The notes: generated from the sequence alone by a model not told the origin. Shown: positions 7,968-16,303, counted from the stretch's first letter. The stretch is DNA of 32,000 nt from Halomicrobium mukohataei DSM 12286 (GCF_000023965.1 NC_013202.1:2340001-2372000), one strand, 5' to 3'. Numbers and translations: made by a program.

Positions 7968-8759
7968 ATGTCGATCGTTCGTTCGGTTGTCACGCTCGCT
8001 CGCGACCGGAACGTTACGTTCCTCGCGGCGGGCATCGCCTACTACGCGTTCGTGTCTATCGTTCCCCTGCTGCTCCTGGCGATCGCCGTCGCCTCGACGC
8101 TCGGCGGCCAGGCGTTCGCAGACCGGGTCGTCGCAGTGCTGGGCCGGATGCTCTCGGCGTCGGGCCAGGACCTCGTGACGGGTGCACTCACCGACACCGC
8201 CGGGCGGGGGACGGCCTCGCTGGTCGGCTTCCTGGTGTTGCTCTGGAGCGGACTGAAGCTCTTTCGTGGACTCGATCAGGCGTTCGACGAAGTGTACGCC
8301 GCCGAGGTCCACACGTCGCTCCTCCAGCAGGTGCGGAACGGACTGGTCGTCGTCGTCGGCATCGCACTCGCGGTCGGGACCGCGGTCCTCGTCGGTATCG
8401 CGCTCTCGATCCAGCCCTGGGAAATCCCGCTCGTCAACGTCTTCGGGACCGTCGCGCTCGTCGTCGTCATCACCCTCGCCTTCCTGCCGATCTACTACGT
8501 CCTGCCGCCGGTCGACGTGTCGCTGCGAGAGATTCTCCCCGGCGCGGTGATCGCTGCTGGCGGGTGGGTCCTGCTCCAGCTCGGATTTCGCATCTACGCG
8601 GCCAGTGCCGGGCAGTACGCTGCCTACGGTATCCTCGGGGCCGTCCTGCTGTTCGTCACGTGGCTGTACTTCGCGAGCATCGTCGTCCTGATCGGCGTCG
8701 TCGTCAACGTCGTCTTGCGGGAAGCCGGGATCGGTTCCTCGTCGGAGCCGGCCGGGTAG
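7968..8759 (+). CDS. YihY/BrkB-family membrane protein
   Basis: 263 aa. The N-terminus RDRNVTFLAAGIAYYAFVSIVPLLLL is the hallmark of the YihY/virulence-factor-BrkB family. About six hydrophobic spans. Confidence 0.8.
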   Translation: MSIVRSVVTLARDRNVTFLAAGIAYYAFVSIVPLLLLAIAVASTLGGQAFADRVVAVLGRMLSASGQDLVTGALTDTAGRGTASLVGFLVLLWSGLKLFRGLDQAFDEVYAAEVHTSLLQQVRNGLVVVVGIALAVGTAVLVGIALSIQPWEIPLVNVFGTVALVVVITLAFLPIYYVLPPVDVSLREILPGAVIAAGGWVLLQLGFRIYAASAGQYAAYGILGAVLLFVTWLYFASIVVLIGVVVNVVLREAGIGSSSEPAG

Positions 8760-8826
8760 CTGGCGTCTCCCTCGTTGCGTCTGCGATCCTCGCAGGAACC
8801 TGTGGCCCGGTGTCGGGGCGTCGTTC

Positions 8827-8906
8827 ATACTATCGGCTGTGAATCTGTGAACGATTTCGCCACCCCGGGGTGGCGAAGATCTTCACGAAGTTACAGCCGG
8901 CAGTAT
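8827..8906. repeat. 80-bp modular palindromic element, copy 1 (14-bp arm, 15, 22-bp perfect palindrome, 15, 14-bp arm)
   Basis: Left arm atactatcggctgt (8827..8840). Perfect 22-bp palindrome ttcgccaccccggggtggcgaa (8856..8877). Right arm acagccggcagtat (8893..8906). It lies between convergent genes, and its last base is the T of the TGA stop of the minus-strand gene. Confidence 0.85.
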
Positions 8907-10732
8907 CACTTCTGGAGCCCGAGATCACTGCCTTCGACCGAGCCGTCGTCGATGCGGAACCAGCCGTCGTGTACTGCCCGCTCGGTCGCCTCGGGATCGT
9001 TGCAGTACCTGTCCATGACTGTCGGACCGTCGATCAGGACGTCGCTGTCGGCCGAGAGCCCGACGGTAACGCCGGGCAGTGCCTCCCCGACACTGTCGCG
9101 CTCGAAGTCGTCGGGGCCGTTGATCGTTCCGACGGCGCTCGTCTCGGTGGTCCCGGACAGTTCACACAGGGGGACACCGAGGCCGTGGAAGAAATCGAGG
9201 AGGTGATCGTCGAGGCGACCGGTGCTCGACAGTGCGTAGGTCAGATCGTCGAGCCCGAACTCCTGGCGCAGCGGCCGGTAGGCCAGTCGTTCCGCTGCCG
9301 CGTACTTCAGCGGCGTGCCGCTGCCGTCGATCACGTCGCGCCCGTACCCGGTGACGCTCCCGGCGACCTTGCGCTTGGCCCAGCCGAAGGTGCCGATCCG
9401 GTCCTGAAGCTCGCCGTACAGCTGCTGGTACAGCTTGGGGACGCCGATCAGTACCTCCGGGCCGAGTGCCGGCAGTGCCTCGACACTGCTGGCCCGGTCG
9501 GTGTACGCGACGGTGGCCCCGGCGTCCCAGAGGTAGTAGGCCCCGACGCGCTGGTAGACGTGTGCGACCGGCAGGAGCGCGGTCCCCGTCGCACCGGGGT
9601 CCAGTGGGAGCGCGTCGCTCAGTGCCGCGATGGCCGCCCGGAGGTTCCGGTGGGTCAACGCGACGCCGGTCGGCTCGTCGTCTGCGGGGACCTGATAGAC
9701 GATCGTCGCGAGATCGGTCCCGCGGCGATTCAACCCCGGCAGGGAGCGCTGTGGCGACGCTGGCAGCGGCTCCGTGTCGACGACCACGTCGACTGCCCGC
9801 TCGACGGCCGAAGGCGGGTCATCGGGTGACGCGAACCCGTCGATGTCGGCGGTCGTGACGATCGATCGCAGCTGTTCGTCGTCGAACGAGGGATACAGCG
9901 GAACAGAGACGAGCCCGGCGAGGTGGCTGGCGAGGTCGAAGAGCAGCGACTCGCCGTTCGATTCGAGGTCGATCGCCAGCCGGTCGCCCGGCGTGAGCTC
10001 CGTCTCCAGTAGCCCGCCAGCGACCGTCGTCGCACGCTCGTACAGCGACTCGAAGCTCCGTTCCGTCCGCTCGTCGCCGCCGTGTTCGACCGTAGCCACA
10101 CGGTCTCCGTGTGTCGTCGCCACCTGTTCGAACCACGACGCGATCGGGCCGGCGGGAACGGACAGCTCGCCGCCGTCTAAGACCGCTTCTTCCACGGAGA
10201 CCGTCGTCGTCGGCTGGTCGTCGGTCGTCTCGGGGGGTGACTCCGAGCGGCGACGCTGCCGGAGCGTTCCGGGCGTGTACTCGTAGGTCTCGTCGACGTC
10301 CGTCTGGTAGTACTCGCTGTAGCGCTGGTCTTCGTCACCCGCGGCGATGTGGCTGTCGAGCCAGTCCCGGAGGAAGGTGAGGACCTCCATCGTGACGTAC
10401 TCGCCGTCCTCGTGACGTTCGCGAAAGTCGCTGACCGTCGACGCGAACTCCTCGTGCATCTCTCGGTGGTCGTAGAAACAGTCGGCACAGTCCATCGCGT
10501 AGCCACAGTCTTGCATGAACTCTTCCTCGTCGCCGAAGTGGTACTCGGTGTACCGTTCGAGCTCTCGGAGGATGTCACCGATCTCGTCCTGTGAGTGGCC
10601 CTCGTCCATGGCCGTGTGGAGATCGTTCAGCAGGCCGAACAGCCGCTTGTGCTGTTCGTCGAAGCGGTCGATCTGTGTGCTGTAGCGCTCGTCGTCCCAC
10701 CGGGCGAACGCGTCCTCGGACTCTAGTTGCAT
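8906..10732 (-). CDS. hemerythrin-like domain fused to a degenerate, C-terminally truncated AMP-dependent synthetase/ligase (ANL) domain
   Basis: The start was chosen at ATG 10732 (MQLESEDAFARW...), with a TATA-like CTTTTGA 25-31 nt upstream. The N-terminal 140 aa carry the hemerythrin ligand set (QHKRLF, YHFGDEE, HREMHEEF, WLDSHIAAGD). The rest aligns by eye to long-chain acyl-CoA-synthetase-like ANL enzymes (LTHRNL, GTTETS, DGWF). Confidence 0.8.
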   Translation of the reverse strand: MQLESEDAFARWDDERYSTQIDRFDEQHKRLFGLLNDLHTAMDEGHSQDEIGDILRELERYTEYHFGDEEEFMQDCGYAMDCADCFYDHREMHEEFASTVSDFRERHEDGEYVTMEVLTFLRDWLDSHIAAGDEDQRYSEYYQTDVDETYEYTPGTLRQRRRSESPPETTDDQPTTTVSVEEAVLDGGELSVPAGPIASWFEQVATTHGDRVATVEHGGDERTERSFESLYERATTVAGGLLETELTPGDRLAIDLESNGESLLFDLASHLAGLVSVPLYPSFDDEQLRSIVTTADIDGFASPDDPPSAVERAVDVVVDTEPLPASPQRSLPGLNRRGTDLATIVYQVPADDEPTGVALTHRNLRAAIAALSDALPLDPGATGTALLPVAHVYQRVGAYYLWDAGATVAYTDRASSVEALPALGPEVLIGVPKLYQQLYGELQDRIGTFGWAKRKVAGSVTGYGRDVIDGSGTPLKYAAAERLAYRPLRQEFGLDDLTYALSSTGRLDDHLLDFFHGLGVPLCELSGTTETSAVGTINGPDDFERDSVGEALPGVTVGLSADSDVLIDGPTVMDRYCNDPEATERAVHDGWFRIDDGSVEGSDLGLQK

Positions 10733-10837
10733 ACTCTGGGCTGGCTCCACCATCCTCAAAAGCACCCCCTCCAGTTCTCGGCGGATGAAAACAGAGCGAC
10801 ACGCACAACAGGGAATCGGTCGATCACGCAGACAGCG

Positions 10838-11269
10838 ATGCGTCAACTCACCGACGAAGCGATCGCCGAGGTCCTCGCGGCGAACGGTATCGGCGTCCTC
10901 GCCTTTGGCGAGACCGGTCGCTATCCCTACGCCATCCCCGTCGCCTTCGGGTACGACGCGGACGCCGACGTCTTGGCTCTCCAGCTCGAAGGCGGGACGG
11001 ACAGTGAGAAACACCGGGCGCTGGAGCGACACCCGTACGTGTCGATCACCGTCTTCGAAGAGACCGAGCCGCGAGACACCTGGCGCAGCGCAGTGGTCAG
11101 AGGGAAACTGGTCGAAACGAGCTACGAGGCAGTCGAGACGGCCTTCGCGACACTGGCAAAGCGGACGCGCTCTGCACCGAACCCCGTCGTCTGGGGAGAT
11201 TCGGCGAGCGTGACGCCCTACGAACTACAGATCGAGGAGTGGAGCGGTCGGTCGTTTCCGATCAACTGA
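10838..11269 (+). CDS. pyridoxamine 5'-phosphate oxidase (PPOX)-family FMN-binding protein
   Basis: Uses the internal ATG 10838 of track ORF 10727..11269, giving 143 aa. The pattern MRQLTDEAIAEVLAANGIGVLAFGETGRYPYAIPVAFGY ... WRSAVVRGKL is typical of this split-barrel family. It is a paralog of 19696..20160. Confidence 0.75.
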   Translation: MRQLTDEAIAEVLAANGIGVLAFGETGRYPYAIPVAFGYDADADVLALQLEGGTDSEKHRALERHPYVSITVFEETEPRDTWRSAVVRGKLVETSYEAVETAFATLAKRTRSAPNPVVWGDSASVTPYELQIEEWSGRSFPIN

Positions 11270-11278
11270 ACGACGAGC

Positions 11279-11473
11279 CTACGTCTGGGCCGAGTAGCCC
11301 GCTTGCTCGACTGCTTCGACCAGGGCCGCCACGTCGGCGTCACCCTCGACGCTGGCACGCTCGTCTTCGTGGTCGGCGCTGGCGTCAGTGACGCCACTGA
11401 CGGCTTCGAGAGCCTCTTCGACCGTCTGTTCACAGTGCTCGCAGGACATTCCTTCGACGGACAGTGTCGTCAT
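11279..11473 (-). CDS. heavy-metal-associated (HMA) domain copper chaperone
   Basis: 64 aa starting at the internal ATG (cat 11471-11473). MTTLSVEGMSCEHCEQTVEEAL contains the GMxCxxC metal-binding motif. A TATA-like AATAAA lies about 26 nt upstream. Confidence 0.85.
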   Translation of the reverse strand: MTTLSVEGMSCEHCEQTVEEALEAVSGVTDASADHEDERASVEGDADVAALVEAVEQAGYSAQT

Positions 11474-11579
11474 ACGTTCGCCCGTAGGGACGGCTCGTTT
11501 ATTCGGGTTGCGCCTCGGTCCCCGCCCGCGGCGGGCCGTGGATGGCAAACCGTTTTTCCGTGCGGTCCGAACGACGGGT

Positions 11580-12854
11580 ATGAACGTACGACGCGTCGGA
11601 GACCTCGGTCCGGACGAGCGCCGCGCGCTGTTCGAGCGCGATGCCGGCGTCGACGAGGTCCGCGACGACGTGCAGGAGATCGTCGATCGGGTCCGAAAAG
11701 AGGGCGACGTTGCGCTGCGGGAGTTCGCCGAAGAGTTCGACGGCGTCACCGTCGGTAACGTCGACATCACCGACGACGCCGAACGCGCCGTCGAGGAGAT
11801 CGATGCGGCGACACTGTCGGCCATCGAGGACGCCGCCGAAAACGTCAGAGCGTTCCACGAGGCACAGTTGCCGACCGACTGGCGCGACTCCTTCGAGGGG
11901 CGCGAACTCGGTCGTCGATATCGCCCGATCGAGAGCGCCGGTGCGTACGTCCCCGGCGGGACCGCAGCGTACCCCTCCAGCGCGCTGATGGGCGTTATCC
12001 CGGCGAAAGTCGCCGGTGTCGAACACGTCGCCGTCGCGACCCCGCCCGCCGAGGAGATCAACCCGGTGACGCTCGCGGCCATCCACGTCGCCGGTGCGGA
12101 CGTGGTGTACCAGGCCGGCGGCGCGCAGGCGATCGCCGCACTCGCCTACGGGACCGAGTCCGTCGACGCCGTCGACAAGGTCGTCGGGCCGGGCAACCGG
12201 TGGGTGACCGCCGCCAAGTCGATCGTCCGGGGCGACGTGGCGATCGATTTCCTCGCCGGCCCCTCCGAGATCATGGTCGTCGCCGACGAGAGCGCCGACC
12301 CGGAACTGGTCGCCGCCGATCTCGTCGCCCAGGCCGAACACGACGAGAACGCCTCCGTCGTCGCCGTGACCGACGACGAGGAGCTCGCGGAGGCCGTCGC
12401 AGCGGCCGTCGACAGCCAGGCCGACGCGCGCGACCGCGAGGCCGTGATTCGCGGGGCCCTCGACAGCGCGGCCTCCGGGGTCTTCCTCGCGCGGTCGATG
12501 AGCGAGGCGGTGCTGTTCGCCGAAGAGTACGCGGCGGAGCACCTCTCGATCGTCGCCGAGGACGACGAGTCGATACTCGACCGCATCCCCTCGGCCGGGT
12601 CGGCGTTTCTCGGCCCCCACAGCGCCGTGGCCGCCGGTGACTACGCCAGCGGACCGAACCACGTGCTACCGACGGGCGGCCACGCGCGCGTCACCGGCGG
12701 ACTCTCCGTGGACTCGTTCCTGCGCTCGACGACCGTACAGCGCCTCTCCGAGGAGTCACTGGCCGACATCGAGTCGACGATCACCACGCTCGCGGAGGCC
12801 GAGGGGCTCGAAGCCCACGCAGAGAGCGTCCGCAAGCGATTCGACGACGCCTGA
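11580..12854 (+). CDS. hisD: histidinol dehydrogenase
   Basis: 424 aa from the internal ATG 11580. Full-length similarity by eye to HisD (VRKEGD.AL..F...FD, GPGNRWVTAAK, QAEHD, EHL, GDYASGPNHVLPT). Confidence 0.93.
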   Translation: MNVRRVGDLGPDERRALFERDAGVDEVRDDVQEIVDRVRKEGDVALREFAEEFDGVTVGNVDITDDAERAVEEIDAATLSAIEDAAENVRAFHEAQLPTDWRDSFEGRELGRRYRPIESAGAYVPGGTAAYPSSALMGVIPAKVAGVEHVAVATPPAEEINPVTLAAIHVAGADVVYQAGGAQAIAALAYGTESVDAVDKVVGPGNRWVTAAKSIVRGDVAIDFLAGPSEIMVVADESADPELVAADLVAQAEHDENASVVAVTDDEELAEAVAAAVDSQADARDREAVIRGALDSAASGVFLARSMSEAVLFAEEYAAEHLSIVAEDDESILDRIPSAGSAFLGPHSAVAAGDYASGPNHVLPTGGHARVTGGLSVDSFLRSTTVQRLSEESLADIESTITTLAEAEGLEAHAESVRKRFDDA

Positions 12855-12868
12855 GCGCCCACTCCCAG

Positions 12869-13363
12869 ATGACGGTCGCGACACCGATCGAGCGAGCGAC
12901 GATCCAGGACCTCCCCGCGATCCAGCGGGTCGCCGACTGGAGCTTCCACGCGGCCTACGCCGGGCTGGTCGACGAACAGCTGCTCGACGCCGTCGTCGAC
13001 CAGTGGTACGCGACCGAACGACTCCGCGAGCAGATCACCGATCCCGACAGCCTGTTCCTCGTCGCACGTCGCGGCGGCCGCGTTCGTGGCTACGCCAACG
13101 TCGAACCGGACGACCAATCCGAGACGTACTATCTCTCGCGACTCTACGTCGAGCCGCTGCTGTGGGGCAACGGCATCGGCACCGAACTGCTCGCCGCCGT
13201 CGACCGCCGACTGTCGGCGGAATCGCTCTGGCTCACCGTTCTGGCCGGCAACGAGCGGGCCATCGGCTTCTACGAGCGACAGGGGTTCGAGTACGTCACC
13301 ACGGAGACGACGACCTTCGGTCCGACTGTGGTCGAGGAGCACGTCTATCGCAAGCCGCTGTGA
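12869..13363 (+). CDS. GNAT-family N-acetyltransferase
   Basis: 164 aa. The acetyl-CoA-binding core is LYVEPLLWGNGIGTELL ... NERAIGFYERQGFE. It starts 14 nt after the hisD stop. Confidence 0.85.
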   Translation: MTVATPIERATIQDLPAIQRVADWSFHAAYAGLVDEQLLDAVVDQWYATERLREQITDPDSLFLVARRGGRVRGYANVEPDDQSETYYLSRLYVEPLLWGNGIGTELLAAVDRRLSAESLWLTVLAGNERAIGFYERQGFEYVTTETTTFGPTVVEEHVYRKPL

Positions 13364-13406
13364 TCCCGGCGTCACTGTTAACACGTTCGGGAGCGACTGT
13401 ATCCGT

Positions 13407-13772
13407 ATGAGCAGCACCGTAGACGCGGACCCTGGGGGGACAGGTATCGACGTGACCGAGCCGGCGGCTGCGGAGGCCGTCGATCTCATGGAGGGCGAAC
13501 AGATGGACGTCGACGAGGCGGGGCTTCGGCTGTTCGTCCAACAGGGCGGCTGTGCCGGGCTGTCGTACGGCATGCGCTTCGAGCACGAGCCCGAGCCCGA
13601 CGACCAGGTGTACGAACACCACGGCCTCCGCGTGTTCATCGACCAGTCCAGCCTCAACTACATCGAGGGCTCCGTGCTGGACTTCGAGGGAGGTCTACAG
13701 GGCGAAGGGTTCCACGTTCGCAACCCCAACGTCGAGAGCGAGTGTGGGTGTGGCGAGTCGTTCCGGACCTGA
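13407..13772 (+). CDS. iron-sulfur cluster assembly accessory protein (HesB/IscA/SufA family)
   Basis: 121 aa from the internal ATG 13407. Motifs GGCAGLSYGM and C-terminal CGCGESF are diagnostic for A-type carriers. Confidence 0.9.
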   Translation: MSSTVDADPGGTGIDVTEPAAAEAVDLMEGEQMDVDEAGLRLFVQQGGCAGLSYGMRFEHEPEPDDQVYEHHGLRVFIDQSSLNYIEGSVLDFEGGLQGEGFHVRNPNVESECGCGESFRT

Positions 13773-13775
13773 TCG

Positions 13776-13976
13776 TCACTCCTCTAGCTCGAAGGCCACC
13801 TCGACTTCGGCCTGGTATTCCCGGCCCTCGACGCCTGCGATCTCGACGCCCATTTCCTCGACTTCCGCCCACTTGAGATTGTCCAGCGTCGCTTCCGCGC
13901 GGCCGACGGCGTCGTCGACGGCGTCGTCGAAGCTCTCGGCACTGGTCCCGATCAGCGTGATCTTTTTGAAGACCAT
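13776..13976 (-). CDS. dodecin (flavin-binding/storage protein)
   Basis: The 66-aa product [47 protein letters not shown]...[10 protein letters not shown] matches the haloarchaeal dodecin sequence pattern along its whole length. Confidence 0.9.
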   Translation of the reverse strand: MVFKKITLIGTSAESFDDAVDDAVGRAEATLDNLKWAEVEEMGVEIAGVEGREYQAEVEVAFELEE

Positions 13977-14056
13977 GTTCCTCGTTCACAGCCACCAGTG
14001 ATAAAGATCGGGACCACCCCGGTATCGGGGACAGCACGCAAGGACGGCCGGCAGTG

Positions 14057-14716
14057 TCAGGCCGACCGCGTGTTCAGCGTCTCCGAGAGGATGCCGACCA
14101 CGTCGGTGAGGTACGCCGTTCCCCACACTGCGACGAGGACGGCACCGATCGTGTCGAAGACGAGATCCAGCATCGTGTCCCCCAGTCCGTACTGCGTGAG
14201 GACGGTTCCGGTTCCCATCATCGCCGCGGCCGTGCTGACGGCGAACTCGATGACCTCCCAGAAGACGCCGAACGCGAGCACGAACAGGAGGATGAACACG
14301 AACATGAACCGCGGCGGAATGTGGATCCCGTCGCTGTGCTGGTCGAGCGACCGCACCGTCGTGTACCCCGCCGCGGCGACGATCGACGACGAGAGGGCGT
14401 GCGTGAGATGATCCCACCACCAGATCGTCGCGTAGAAGTTCGCCTCTGCGCCGGGGAGGCCGACCGTGCCCAGCGCGTGAAGCCAGACGGCACCGGTGAT
14501 CCACAGCGTCAGTCCGGCGTCGAGCGGGATCTCGTAGTCCCGTTCGAGGACGGCCGGCAGCTGGGCGACCAGCAGACCGATTCCGGTGTTGACGATGATC
14601 CCGGTCGAACCGCGTTCGATGCCGACAAAGAGCATCCCGATCAGCGACAGCTGCATGAGGCGCGTGAGCCGCCGCTGTGTCGGCGTCGAGACGCCGATTC
14701 GGTCTCTGAGTCTCAT
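14057..14716 (-). CDS. polytopic membrane protein, unknown function
   Basis: 219 aa from the internal ATG (cat 14714-14716) of track ORF 14057..15274, with an ATGA overlap with the upstream gene. About 6 hydrophobic spans. Conserved-looking WWWDHLTHALSS and FWEVIEFA motifs. Confidence 0.7.
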   Translation of the reverse strand: MRLRDRIGVSTPTQRRLTRLMQLSLIGMLFVGIERGSTGIIVNTGIGLLVAQLPAVLERDYEIPLDAGLTLWITGAVWLHALGTVGLPGAEANFYATIWWWDHLTHALSSSIVAAAGYTTVRSLDQHSDGIHIPPRFMFVFILLFVLAFGVFWEVIEFAVSTAAAMMGTGTVLTQYGLGDTMLDLVFDTIGAVLVAVWGTAYLTDVVGILSETLNTRSA

Positions 14717-15330
14717 CGCGTCACCTCTGTCGGGAGACGGTCGGTCGCCTCGACCTGCCGGCGCACGTAGAACGCGAAGATCAGACCGGCAGCGACACCG
14801 GCGACCGTCGACGCGACGAACTCGACCATCAGCGCGTGTTCGATCTCCGCCTCGGGGACGCCGCGCTTCAACAGCAGCGTCGTCCCGAACAGGATATCTG
14901 CCGACCACCGAACGACGGCCCAGACACCCGCCATCGCAAGCGTCGTGACGACGACGAAGGCGACGGCGAAGCCGTCCGTCATCCGGACCGGGGTAAAGAG
15001 GTGCAGTTCCACCACGACGACCAGCGAGATCGCCGCGACGGAGAGATACGTCGCGACCTGTCCGGTCACCGGGACCGTCGCGTAGGCCCGCCCGAGCACC
15101 GGGAGGGCGGCGAGACCCGTCACTTCCCACGGGAGCGTCGTCTGCCAGCTCTGAAAGCGGACGGGTGGCAGTACCGCCAGCGCGACGACGGCCAGCGCGA
15201 AGGCCGCCCACCAGAGCCGGTCGCGCCAGACGCTCGTCGCGACCGCGATCACGAGCAACCCGATCAACAGCCATGAGAGTACGGCGTTCGTTCGCTGGTG
15301 GCGGAGGAGCCGCCCGATATCGCTACTCAT
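14713..15330 (-). CDS. polytopic membrane protein, unknown function
   Basis: 205 aa from ATG 15330 (the track ORF begins at a GTG 9 nt upstream). 5-6 hydrophobic spans. Translationally coupled to 14057..14716. Confidence 0.65.
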   Translation of the reverse strand: MSSDIGRLLRHQRTNAVLSWLLIGLLVIAVATSVWRDRLWWAAFALAVVALAVLPPVRFQSWQTTLPWEVTGLAALPVLGRAYATVPVTGQVATYLSVAAISLVVVVELHLFTPVRMTDGFAVAFVVVTTLAMAGVWAVVRWSADILFGTTLLLKRGVPEAEIEHALMVEFVASTVAGVAAGLIFAFYVRRQVEATDRLPTEVTR

Positions 15331-15373
15331 ATTTGGCACCCATGTCGTCCGCGGTTGAAACAGTGTCGACCGT

Positions 15374-16303
15374 TCACAGCACCGCGAGGTAGACGACCAG
15401 ATACGAGAGCGCAGCCGCCGTCACCGCGCCCAGTCCCGTCGCGCACGCTCTGGGCCAGTCGACCGCCCGAAGCTGTCTACTCAGCAGTTGGCGCTGGGTG
15501 GCCCCGATCACTCCGAACGCCAGGATCGTGAACACGAACTGGTACGACGCTTCCAGCGTCGGGGCCGGCAGCGCGACCGCCGCACCGGCATACGAGAGCC
15601 CGAGCACGGCTTTGCGGTCGATCTGTGGTCGACTCGCCCGACCGGTCAGGCGCAAGTAGACCACGAGCCCGAGCCAGAGGGTCGCCAGCTCGATCCCGAA
15701 CGCGCCAAGCAGGTGCAGGGTCGGATCGGCCGCGAGCGCGACTCGCTCCGTGACGACCGGTACGTCGAACGGGTACAGAAACACCGGCGGCTCGCCGGTG
15801 AACAGGTCGCCAAAGGGGTGTGTGACGAGTCCCACGAGCGCCGTCGCGAGCACGGCACCAGAGGAGAGCCCGCGACGAGCGGCGAACTGGGTGATCACGA
15901 GCCCACCGATCCCGAACAGCACCGTGACCGCGCCGGCCACGGAGCCGCCGGTCGCCGTCGCAACGGCCGACAGACCGACCAGCACGGTGGCAGCGACGAC
16001 GCGGCCCGCGCTCGACCGACGCCACAGCGAGAACGCGGCCGCTGCGGTGCCGGCGAACACCAGCGAGTGGGTCGGACCGCGATGGACGACGTTCCCCGTC
16101 GACCAGAACGCGTCGGTCGCATCGAACACACCGGAGACGCCGTTGAGCAGTCCCAGCGGCCCGTAGAGGATGTCGATATCCGGGAGCGTCGCGAACAGGC
16201 CGGCGACGATCGCTAACTGGAGCGCCCGGTGGCTGTCGATCTCGCGAGACAGCGCCACGGCTCCGACCAGCGCGAACGCCGCGACGCCGTGGCCAACGAA
16301 CAT
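15374..16303 (-). CDS. membrane-bound metal-dependent hydrolase (YdjM/DUF457-like)
   Basis: 309 aa. MFVGHG..., LPDIDILYG, GPTHSLVF and VTHPFGDLFT are the His/Asp motifs of the DUF457 family. A TATA-like CTTATA (16327..16332) lies about 26 nt upstream of the ATG. Confidence 0.75.
   Translation of the reverse strand: MFVGHGVAAFALVGAVALSREIDSHRALQLAIVAGLFATLPDIDILYGPLGLLNGVSGVFDATDAFWSTGNVVHRGPTHSLVFAGTAAAAFSLWRRSSAGRVVAATVLVGLSAVATATGGSVAGAVTVLFGIGGLVITQFAARRGLSSGAVLATALVGLVTHPFGDLFTGEPPVFLYPFDVPVVTERVALAADPTLHLLGAFGIELATLWLGLVVYLRLTGRASRPQIDRKAVLGLSYAGAAVALPAPTLEASYQFVFTILAFGVIGATQRQLLSRQLRAVDWPRACATGLGAVTAAALSYLVVYLAVL

Noticed and set aside
9465-9476. Near-matches (11/12) to the ACNGCCGGCNGT box inside coding sequence (agtgccggcagt at 9465..9476; acggccggcagc at 14550..14561).
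   Set aside because: They are not exact, lie within genes, and have no partner arm or central hairpin at the family spacing. They are noted so that a computed scan can re-evaluate the intergenic-only claim.
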